Shown here piece after piece: positions 19,100-28,535 of a stretch of DNA of 64,000 bases. Within the stretch, counting starts at the first letter, position 1. Each line of letters starts with the position of its first letter. The stretch is taken from assembly GCA_000165345.1 (NCBI GenBank), contig CM000430.1:608001-672000 (forward strand). The letters are read 5' to 3'. The position numbers and the translations under genes are program-made. The notes beneath the pieces are model-generated. The model was given only the letters and a program-made list of their open reading frames with translations. It was not told the DNA's origin and did not search any database.

Positions 19100-21214
19100 A
19101 TGAAAACTGAAACTAAAATTTCTCTGTTTTTTTCTTTTATAATTCTATTATGTGAATACTCTTTCTCTTTGGGTAATATTCAAAATCAATTTGAAAGATT
19201 TAGAACTTTTAATACTAATCATGACTTGCTAGAGCATCATCAAAACCCCAGTTCAAAAATACAAAGAACAAATGAGGATATTAAAGATGGCGTAAGCCCT
19301 TTATTTGAAAAGCCTGAATTAGATGGCAGATACAATAAATATAGAAAAATATACGACAAAAAAAACCAAAATGAAAAAATTAAGAGAAAGGATCAATTAA
19401 AAAATCAAGTGGAAGAACTGCTAGAAGATATGGACTATGTGAAGCAAAAGCAACGGTACTTAGAGTCAGACACATTAGACAAATATTTTTCATTTAGAGG
19501 AGCAGAAGAACATTCAATTGATGATTTGGACTTTGAAGGATTATTTGATCCAGAATATGGAGGAAGAGGAAGAGTTCTGGAAAGTTATAAAATCACCACA
19601 AATGATATTTACAAAGATGAATTAAAACCAAGAAAATATGAATACGCTATTGGAGCAACTCTAAGAGATAAGAGATACGACAAGCATAGAAAAGAGAGCA
19701 ATAATGAAATTGTATTAGTTATTACTCCAAAGAACTTTTTTGCTGATAAAGATGGAAAACTCTCACTTTTACCGAGTTTAGCTCTTAAAATAAACAAAAA
19801 CTCAAAGCTCTCAACATTAATAAAAATGATCCACAAACTCATATCTTATGCTTATCCAGGTATATTAATTGAAAGGATTCGTCATTTAGAAACACAAATT
19901 ATTTTGAATGAAGCACCCAAAACAGCTAAACTCAGTTCTTTAAAAATAAAAAATGGGAACGAAATCTCTGTTACATTTAAAAATGTACCCAAAGATAAAA
20001 AATCAGATAAGTACCATCAAACTCAAGAATTACCTATAGAAGAGCTTCCAATGACTCCAATAGAAAAAGATATTCCTGAGCTTCCTGAGCTGGATGTTCA
20101 GGAAAATCTTGATTTAAGTCAAGGTCCCAGTACTCAACAAAGCTTAGAAACTAAAGTATTAAAATCTAAAGATGATATTTTGAATGAAGATGAAATTTTA
20201 GAACCTAATAAAACCATTGAAAATCCTTTATCCAATAATTATGATTTTAATGTTGGGGATGAATATGAAAAATTAAAGTCTGATTATTTTCAAAACATCA
20301 GAGCTGGCAAAATTGCTATATATAACTCTGATGACGAACCACCAAGACAATCTAATCACAAAGAACATCAATTTGTATTAAGCGATGAGGGAATTGATAA
20401 TGATGGACAAGAAAGAGCAGTAGAGGCTGAGAAAATAGACATTAATGATTCTGATGACTCCTATTTAGGAACTGATATAAATCATTGCAACTATAAGGTA
20501 AACTTCAAACAAATTACATTACCTGTATCAAATTTTACTAATGAAATCGAACGGAACAATATTAAAGATATTTTAACTCTTAACGTAACATTTAGCGAGC
20601 TTGAGCCATGTAATTTGGAAACACTTATTTCAGAAGTGAATAAAATAGCAAAATCCATGGGAAAGAATTATTCTCTTGTTAGAATGGAACATAATGCATC
20701 AAAGAGAGAGCTACTAGCTCTTTCAAAAGATAACGAGAAGCACCATCTTTTGGATCTCGAAATAATTAGGGGTGACGAATTTAATGCATTTTTAATACTT
20801 GAAAAAACTCAAGAATCTGACTATTCAAAGAATGATATTGATAAACATGATGTAGAAATTATATCTGATCTGACTGAGAAACAGATTTCTATTGCGGACT
20901 GTCAGATATACATGACCATTTTTGTTGATTCAGCATCACTTCGCGATAATATTAACCAATCCCTTTCCAAGGAACCCCTTAACAAGAATAGAAGCTTAGG
21001 AAAAGGAGGAAAAAAGCATCTTAAACCAATTAATATATGCACTCAAAGTTATGTTCCTATTAAAAAAGTACTAGAAAAGATCAAGATTATATTGAAAGTA
21101 GATTCAAATTTGAATGAAATTTTCATATGCGGAGATAAAATTGTAGATACTTGTAGCAGTTTACCAGTTTCATTAATCAAATCAGAAACATGTGTTCTTC
21201 GATTTGATTCATAA
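19100..21214 (+). CDS. Secreted Lys/Glu-rich hypothetical protein, 704 aa
   Basis: ATG at 19100 followed by a signal peptide, MKTETKISLFFSFIILLCEYSFS. The body is charged and low in complexity, with no recognised domain, and appears lineage-specific. Confidence 0.6.
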   Translation: MKTETKISLFFSFIILLCEYSFSLGNIQNQFERFRTFNTNHDLLEHHQNPSSKIQRTNEDIKDGVSPLFEKPELDGRYNKYRKIYDKKNQNEKIKRKDQLKNQVEELLEDMDYVKQKQRYLESDTLDKYFSFRGAEEHSIDDLDFEGLFDPEYGGRGRVLESYKITTNDIYKDELKPRKYEYAIGATLRDKRYDKHRKESNNEIVLVITPKNFFADKDGKLSLLPSLALKINKNSKLSTLIKMIHKLISYAYPGILIERIRHLETQIILNEAPKTAKLSSLKIKNGNEISVTFKNVPKDKKSDKYHQTQELPIEELPMTPIEKDIPELPELDVQENLDLSQGPSTQQSLETKVLKSKDDILNEDEILEPNKTIENPLSNNYDFNVGDEYEKLKSDYFQNIRAGKIAIYNSDDEPPRQSNHKEHQFVLSDEGIDNDGQERAVEAEKIDINDSDDSYLGTDINHCNYKVNFKQITLPVSNFTNEIERNNIKDILTLNVTFSELEPCNLETLISEVNKIAKSMGKNYSLVRMEHNASKRELLALSKDNEKHHLLDLEIIRGDEFNAFLILEKTQESDYSKNDIDKHDVEIISDLTEKQISIADCQIYMTIFVDSASLRDNINQSLSKEPLNKNRSLGKGGKKHLKPINICTQSYVPIKKVLEKIKIILKVDSNLNEIFICGDKIVDTCSSLPVSLIKSETCVLRFDS

Positions 21215-21334
21215 TTAGGCCTTATTCTGATTAAAACTTTGAATCCATTGATTAAATTTAGCAATAGAATATTTTATAGTAAGTATATAAATCATTTTCT
21301 ATTTGCCTGCTACTCCCTCAATTTAATACCATTA

Positions 21335-22330
21335 TTAAGGGCTGGTCCCACATAATAAATTCATGCAATCATAGTATTCTACGGAACAACCATATCTTTT
21401 GCAGCCGACCATACAAAAGTCTTTTGAGTACTGTGAGCATTGAGACATGCATGACACTGGAATACTCGAAACTCCAGCAACTATAGGTCTGTTTACATTG
21501 CAAGCTCTTCCACAAGTCTTTATAAAATACATACTTAATGTAAGAGCACATGGACCATTGCCTTTGAATTCGTAATTTCCAAGAGTTGATGCAGAAGATA
21601 TCAAGGATAGGGGGGCAGGAAGGAAGCCCACTTCGAATTTGAGGTTTCTTTTTTGTTTATGAGTAAGAAGATATTCCACAAGCATTACGCATGAGGAAAC
21701 CACAAGCTCTGATTCCATATCATCGAGACTTTTGAGATTCTTTGCAGTTGAGCAAATATCATCATTATATGCTAGACTAAAAATGTCTGGTTTTTCTTGT
21801 TTAAGTGCTTCCGTCTTAGAGCACAACATTCCCAGTTCTAAAAGAGCAACCAAAGATTGGCAGCAGTTCTAAAATGATTTGAGTTTTTTTTTTGTTAGTA
21901 TTCCGCTAAGAATAATATCCTACACTTTACTTACTGGAGCAGGTTTCAACGTTGTTTCAGGAATTTTTAGTTCCTCACACCTTTTTTCAATAAATTTTAA
22001 GGTAGAGCTAATTAAAAGACTTTTTACACGCTTTAGTTTTATATTTTCACGTTCAAGTAAAAAAAATATCATGAGCTAGTAATTTCTTAGAACTTACTGT
22101 GCTTGGATCGTTCTTAGTGTGATTATGATGAGTTGAATTTCGATTGCTCATTTCCTCTGAGAAATTCATTTGTTTTATATACGGTTGCATTAAAATACGA
22201 GCAAATTTAAAAAATGTTTATAACCAAGTTATGTTTTCAATTTCTTACCACTCATTCTTATGGTTTCGGATCTTATATTTTGGCAGGCAATTAGCAAAAA
22301 CACAACAAAAAATATAAAGTGAATTTTCAT
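21335..22330 (-). CDS. Small secreted cysteine-rich protein, paralog A of a three-gene cluster. Proposed model join(21335..21868,22098..22156,22249..22330)
   Basis: The robust part is exon 3 (21335..21868), which begins NCCQSLVALLELGMLCSK and ends with the 10-Cys module. It lies directly after an acceptor (TACTAAC branch box...TTTTAG), and the in-frame codon before it is a stop. The proposed exon 1 (ATG 22330) encodes a signal peptide, MKIHFIFFVVFLLIACQ, ends in phase 1 and has donor GTAAGA. A 59-nt middle exon (22098..22156, encoding EEMSNRNSTHHNHTKNDPST) restores phase 0 and has donor GTAAGT. Confidence 0.45.
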
Positions 22331-22526
22331 TTTCAAGGATCTTGGAAAATTAGTTTTTGAATTTCCTTTAAATATATGAAGGCTATAATATAAGCTGTTA
22401 AATAGTTTATTTTAGAAAAAATCAGGCTAATCTTAGCATGCAAACTTATTGCATAATACACATGAATTAATAAGCAAAAATAATCAAAAACTATAATTTA
22501 AGTACATACATTCGTTTGCATGTAAT

Positions 22527-22560
22527 CATGTTTACATGCATGCAATGTCAAATGCATGAA
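22527..22560. promoter_or_regulatory. Cluster of GCATGC / TGCATGCA-type boxes in the divergent promoter between cysteine-rich paralogs A and B
   Basis: catgtttacatgcatgcaatgtcaaatgcatgaa lies between the two signal-peptide exons (22330 and 22716). Confidence 0.4.
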
Positions 22561-22715
22561 TATTTACAAAAACTCAGGCCTACAAGTTAAAGATACTCGG
22601 TTAAGAATTATAAGTTCCATTTTATATTTTAGACAAATTTTTTGCTGAAATCACTAAAATTGCAATTTTGTGAAAACAGCAGTTATTCTGAGAAACATAA
22701 TGTAAAATTATCACT

Positions 22716-23678
22716 ATGTTGCATTTCGGCTTTCTTTTAATATTCTTCTTGCTTCCATTTATTGGAAGAACTGCGGATCCTGATTTAAAATTTAAAAATT
22801 TGAATGAATCCAAGAAGGGGTTGGTTAAAGAAGAACCTCCTTTTGCTACCAGCGTTAAAATGAGTGAAAATAATGAAACAATTGTAAGTAAACTTTCTCA
22901 TCAAAACTAATTAGTATAACAAGTTATTTTTCTCCCCTCTTTATAGTCAGATTTTTCAATCTTAAACTCATCAAAATTTAATAATATTTTGTCAGCTGAA
23001 ACTACATGCTCAAGAAAGCTACAAAATAAGGATAAATATCCGAATTGCTGCTCTTCAATTGTTTCAATTTTTGAAACTGAAAGGATTTGCAATCAAAAAC
23101 CTCAGATAGACAAGTCTCTAAATGAAAGCAATGGAGAAATTGCAAGAGAACTATCAGAAATCAAGCAATATTATGATTACCATTGTAACAATACAGAGTA
23201 CCAACTTTTAGTTTCAAAAAATATCACATCAGATGATGTGTATAACTGTATGAGGTATAATGAATTAACTACAAGAAGTACAAATAGCACATTACAGGAA
23301 TTGGATGGAATTAAATTAAAAGATAGTGAATCCATAGTCGACAATCAAAGAGCATTACAAATAACTGGTTGGATGAATAGTTTTGGATTACCTGCAATTT
23401 CTTCGACTACTATGCTTTCACAATCAAGGTTTACTGAGGGCTCATTCATGCATTCAAGTGGAGGTCAAAATTGCTCTCCACTATTAACATTAATATTTGT
23501 TCGTGTTTGTAACTCTATCTGTAATGCCAATAACGACTCTTCTTCTGGAAGAGCATCAATACCTATTTTTTGTTTAAGGGACTGCCAGCCTTTTGCAAAG
23601 TTTGCCTGCTTGCGTGGGTGTAGAACCTTTGGGTGCCATGTTGATATATACACCTGTATGGAACTTATGTGTCAGTGA
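22716..23678 (+). CDS. Small secreted cysteine-rich protein, paralog B; join(22716..22883,22947..23678)
   Basis: Exon 1 (track ORF 22716..22910) gives the signal peptide MLHFGFLLIFFLLPFIG, and its donor is GTAAGT just after ...SENNETI. A 63-nt intron ends in a long pyrimidine tract plus TATAG. Exon 2 is in phase 0 (SDFSILNSSKFNNILSAETTCSRK...PNCCSS...) and ends with the shared 10-Cys C-terminal module. Confidence 0.7.
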
Positions 23679-23730
23679 TTTTGTCAAGGTATTTTGTAAG
23701 GTATAAGAAACAAAAATCTAAAGTAAATTT

Positions 23731-24481
23731 TTACGTAAGCTTGAAGTTACACATTTGGTAACTGCATGCATCAAAAGGTATATTACACCCGAAAAAAGAG
23801 CATCCACGTATGCAAACATGGTTTGCAAAATCCACACAAATTGGGAAGCATGATCTCGGGAATACCTCTTCTTCTACCGTAAGTGCAGTCTCTGCATCGC
23901 ATAGTTTTTCACATACTTTAATATAATGCAAGGAAAGCACAGATACACATATTTTTTGGGTTTGATATTTAAATATATTTCCTTGAGGGGTATCTTGAGG
24001 TCCTCTTAACGATGATGTTGATTGGGGAAGTCTGATATGAGATCCAAATCCTGACTTTATTTGTAGTTTCCTGTCAGTAAAATTCATTTCTTTACAATAT
24101 TCAAAATTTTCATGGTTTTTCCAAGAATTGACATCATCAGAATCTGATTTTTTTAGTATTTGACTACACTCACTATTGAATGCTATAAATTCACTCTTAT
24201 TTCCCATCTCTTCTAGTAGGCCAGTTTCATTATTAGGCCTATTTAAACAAATTTCTTTTGAATAGAGTGAAATCGTTATTTCATTACAGCAGCTCTAAAA
24301 GGAATAAAATTTAATATTTCTTGAACACCTTATAAAATGTTAGATTTCATTGACTCACCTTTAATTCTTTCATATTGTTATCATTGATACTTTCTGAGAT
24401 CAATCTTTGACATTTTCCATCACATTTACATCTTATTAAAAATAACATAATTAAATACAAGATCCCAATAGTATTTACCAT
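23731..24481 (-). CDS. Small secreted cysteine-rich protein, paralog C; join(23731..24294,24359..24481)
   Basis: Exon 1 (ATG 24481) encodes MVNTIGILYLIMLFLIRCKC...NNMKELK, a signal peptide, and has donor GTGAGT. A 64-nt intron ends at TTCCTTTTAG. Exon 2 begins SCCNEITISLYSKEICLNRP... in frame with track ORF 23731..24207 and ends with the same 10-Cys module. Confidence 0.7.
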
Positions 24482-25135
24482 CGACGGCTAACTTATTAGG
24501 AAAAGCAATTTTTTTAAAAAGAATATATTCTTTTTGCATGTAGTTAAGGATAAATTATGTGGAAATGTCATAAATGACCAACAAATAGCTTGCCGCCCGA
24601 TTGCGCTGGTAAACAATAGGGTAAAAGTAGTGAAAATAGAGTAAACACAAGATAATAATTGAATATAAATATAAGGTTAATTATGCAATATATATGCTTA
24701 ACAATAAAAGCTAGCTGGATTAAATGCTCGATGTGAACAGAAAAAAAAGGAAAACGTGAATAATTCGGTAATTAAGATATAAATGTAAATACAATTGATT
24801 GCTTGCCTAAAATTAATTATATAATTCCAATAAACTTCCGAACATAATTAAAACTTCCTTCATTTAGCTAAAGGTCTTTAATCTTGATTCCACGATGAAT
24901 TATAGAACTTTGATTATGAGAAATTAATATCTGGTAAATATAATCGGAGCTCTATTTGCTATACGATAATAATATATTTGAATCAATTTACTGATACCAC
25001 CCATATAGAAGCCCATACTCTTAAATTATTAGTATACCTCTTTTTCTTTTCACGAACAGTAAGTATAGAGTAAATTAATTAGATTTCTTTTTCCTTTTTT
25101 TCCATGTTATTTCTTGAATAGAATATTTATCTAAT

Positions 25136-25684
25136 TTACCAGCCTGTCATACTAGTAGAACTAAATGGTTGCATTTGTTGTTGAGCAGATGGAGAAGGTC
25201 CACCACCAACAGACGTAGGACCAGATGCTCTGTAAGCTGCCATTTCAGCAAGATATTTTTGCTTAAATTCTTGTGCCTTTCTCTCCCATGGACCTTTTTC
25301 TTGTTCAGGAAGACTATTCCACATTTCCGCTAAGTCTTTCATTTGAAGTGCACGATTAGGGTCATTCTCTCTAACTTTTTGACGAATATGTTCACACCAT
25401 AGTGTATAAGCAGTATGTGGTCTTTTTGGTTTATTTGGATCCTCTGGTGCTCTAATAGATCTCTTAGATTTCTGTTGCAATAAGATTCTGGGTTTCCACA
25501 TTTTACCAGTGCGAGCAGCCACATTACTTGCCAGATCTACAAAGAAGTCAGCAAATTCACAAAGTATATCAACAATTATTGCATCAGAATTTGTAGAAGA
25601 GCCAACTCCTGATGGCATTGATCCTGGTGGCTGTGGAACAGAAAGTCCAGGTAATCCACCCGGAAGGTTTATTTGATTGGACAT
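25136..25684 (-). CDS. HMG-box DNA-binding protein, 182 aa
   Basis: ATG at 25684. A single HMG box (PKRPHTAYTLWCEHIRQKVRENDPNRALQMKDLAEMWNSLPEQEKGPWERKAQEFKQKYLAEMAAYR) sits between Gly/Pro/Ser-rich tails. Confidence 0.8.
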   Translation of the reverse strand: MSNQINLPGGLPGLSVPQPPGSMPSGVGSSTNSDAIIVDILCEFADFFVDLASNVAARTGKMWKPRILLQQKSKRSIRAPEDPNKPKRPHTAYTLWCEHIRQKVRENDPNRALQMKDLAEMWNSLPEQEKGPWERKAQEFKQKYLAEMAAYRASGPTSVGGGPSPSAQQQMQPFSSTSMTGW

Positions 25685-26688
25685 TTCAGAATTGCGTTGA
25701 ATAATTGCTTAGTGACTTGTACTTTTATTTCCTTATGAAGGAAAAATTGCCTTTTTTTTGTTGTAAATTAACACTTTTGAAGAAAGGCCTTAATCCTGAA
25801 CCTGCTAAGTAATTAACTTGACTATTGTTATTTTCCTATATTTTTTAAGTCTTGTTATGACCGTACCGGAATTCTTAATTATTGGCACTTAATTTGCTGC
25901 AAAGCTAGAGTATATAGACATAGGTAGCTATCCAAAGACAGTTAAGGATGTAGATAGATATAGTATCTACTCCCGCCCATCTGTAGACACTATGCATTGA
26001 CTATTTATTTTACTTTAATTTGACTTGTTAAAAAAAAAAAAATTTCACACATTTTTGTTCGTAACTTAATTACAAAGATTGTTTTTGAAATTAAACATTC
26101 AAATTACTAATATGTTCCCTCATTTTTTTTCACTCTCTCAATCACTAAAATAGCATTGCTTAAGGCGATTTCAAATCTCCCGCCTAAAAAATGCATGGCT
26201 GTACGTATATTGTAGTATACCGGGATTGACATTGTTCTATTCATAATTTAATTTGAAATATCAGGAACAATATTATTGTTTAAAGCTATGGTAAAAATGG
26301 GTTGTCGTTAAGCACTACCTTTTGTTATTTAGTTATTGGTTTTCTTTAATTTTTTCAAAGTTGTCATTTCGTTGTTTTATTTCACTTGCAAATGAAATTT
26401 GCTGACTATTTAGTCTATATTATTTGTGAACCGCCAAGTTTAATTCTAAATTATTACAAGAAGTAAAAATAACGGGTGCTAAAATGTGAGGGATCTGCTA
26501 AATTTTAATTTATTTCTAATAAAAAAAAACTTTATAGTATTTAATTTGATGGTCAAAAATTCAGTTTATGATATATTGCAAGTTACATTAGGCTTTATTT
26601 AAGATAAGGGATATATTTTTATCAGAGCTTTCTAGTAAAGAAACACAAAGTTAATTATTATTTCATTCAAGAATAGCTGTGTGGACTC

Positions 26689-27864
26689 ATGATTAAGTAT
26701 AAAGCTATAGGCAAATATTTGATACTCCTCTGTTATGCTTTTAACATCTTTCTTAGTTTAGTTTTTTGCCAGGAGTTAACATCAATTCTCAATCCTGAAG
26801 GTGGGGGTGGGTTTTCATGTAATTATACTAATGCAGAATATACTTGCGGTGGATATTCTGTCACTCCCTGGAGTTCATGGGGAATCTGTTCTGGTTGTAA
26901 CGGAGTAATCACCAGACAAAGGTCAATTTCTGGAAGCGCTACGCAAGGAGGGCCAAGCACAACCGAACGTGTAAAATGCCTCAATAACCAATCATGCGAA
27001 CCATGCACTTATACTCAGTGGTCTTCATGGTCTGCATGCTCAGACACATGCGAATCTGGGACCAAATATAGAACTCGCAGAGTTAATTCAAATGTAGATT
27101 GTGGTGTTTCTGAAGGTGAACTTAAACTTATAGAAACTGTCAGCTGCAAAAACGACCCATGCAAGTGCGATGAAACAATTAGAGGAGAAAATGGACTGTA
27201 CTACAGAGGCTGCCAGAAATACTCTAGGTCTGGCCAAAAGTGCTTGAATTGGCTGTCTCTAAAATTCGATGCTTTTGATTATTTAGCCACTCTTGAAAAT
27301 TCGGGTATTGCCGACCACTCCTTTTGCAGAAATCCTATTTCTAACAATACTTTAGTTCCAACAATCTGGTGTTACGTAAGCGCATCTCCTCTAATTCCAC
27401 AACTCTGTGATCCTGTTCCAACTGATTGTGTAGTTTCAGAATGGGAGCAGTGGTCCTCTTGCTCTTCTACTTGCGAAGAAGGGAAGATTACCCGTACAAG
27501 AACTATTATCCAAGAATCACTTCATGGAGGAGTAGAGTGCCCAGTAGATTTGGAGCAGGTTCAGGATTGCTCAGTTGATGTTATTTGTCCAGTTGATTGC
27601 ATATTAGGATCCTGGAGTCATTGGTCATCATGTAGTGTAGAATGCGGTAAGGGGAATTCTACTCGGTCCAGAAGTATACTGACTCGTCCAAGGGGTACAG
27701 GAGCTGTTTGTCAGGAATATCTACAAACAAAGTCGTGCGAAGGAGAAGGCTGTATGAGTTTTTGGGAAAAGAATAAATACTCAATTATTGGTTTTGCAGC
27801 GTTGGGAGTCGTCCTAATTATATCTATTATTTATATTTTAATTCCAAGTAATAACAGTGTTTAG
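26689..27864 (+). CDS. Thrombospondin type-1 repeat adhesin with a kringle-like domain, type I membrane protein, 391 aa
   Basis: Signal peptide MIKYKAIGKYLILLCYAFNIFLSLVFCQ. Four TSP1 motifs are present (WSSWGICSG, WSSWSACSDTCESG, WEQWSSCSSTCEEG, WSHWSSCSVECGKG). A kringle-like module lies between them (NGLYYRGCQKYSRSGQKCLNWL...FCRNP). A C-terminal TM helix (IIGFAALGVVLIISIIYILI) is followed by a short tail. Confidence 0.8.
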   Translation: MIKYKAIGKYLILLCYAFNIFLSLVFCQELTSILNPEGGGGFSCNYTNAEYTCGGYSVTPWSSWGICSGCNGVITRQRSISGSATQGGPSTTERVKCLNNQSCEPCTYTQWSSWSACSDTCESGTKYRTRRVNSNVDCGVSEGELKLIETVSCKNDPCKCDETIRGENGLYYRGCQKYSRSGQKCLNWLSLKFDAFDYLATLENSGIADHSFCRNPISNNTLVPTIWCYVSASPLIPQLCDPVPTDCVVSEWEQWSSCSSTCEEGKITRTRTIIQESLHGGVECPVDLEQVQDCSVDVICPVDCILGSWSHWSSCSVECGKGNSTRSRSILTRPRGTGAVCQEYLQTKSCEGEGCMSFWEKNKYSIIGFAALGVVLIISIIYILIPSNNSV

Positions 27865-28535
27865 TACTGTAACCTAACTTACAAGATACTGACGAAGTTT
27901 TAACAGCAAGAATTTCAATAATTAAATCAAAGGTTTTCATAATTAACTAATATTAATCTTACACCTATTGCATATACTGCAGGGCACTTATAATTTTATC
28001 TAGAGTAGCCTTACAGTTAATGCTAGTGAAAAACTATATGAAAAATTTAATACTAATTATCATCTTAAAATAAATTCATTTAAAAATTAAATATTTAAAA
28101 AAAATGCTATAAAAATTTAGGCTTTGAATTTTTAGTGGTATGCCGGGACTTTTGTTGAAAGTTGCAAAAAATTAACTGGCGACTTTTTATGATTCTGAAT
28201 CCATGATTTTTTTTTCGCTCAAACTTTCCAGAATAAAGTAAATTCCCAAAGATGTTCTAAGTACATATAACTGCTCTTCTATCATTCATTACATCATTCA
28301 GATTTGTATGGTATTATACTAGTGTACAGTTTTGTGTAATATGACCAAAATTACATGTCTTATTTTAGGCGGGCGATCACATTAGGCTCGCATAAGAGGG
28401 GCGGGTGTAGATCTGATTAGTTTCTCAGTTTAAACAAAAAGTTGATTGGGGAGAAAAAAGCAGAACTATAAAAGAAGTTGCAAGAAAGTACAATTAACTA
28501 TTCTTATTTTTAAGTCTTTGAGAGAGCCTATTTAA

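Noticed and set aside
21879-22813. Plus ORF 21879..22079 and minus ORF 22622..22813.
   Set aside because: They lie inside the intron and exon region of paralog A and antisense to exon 1 of paralog B, and have no features.
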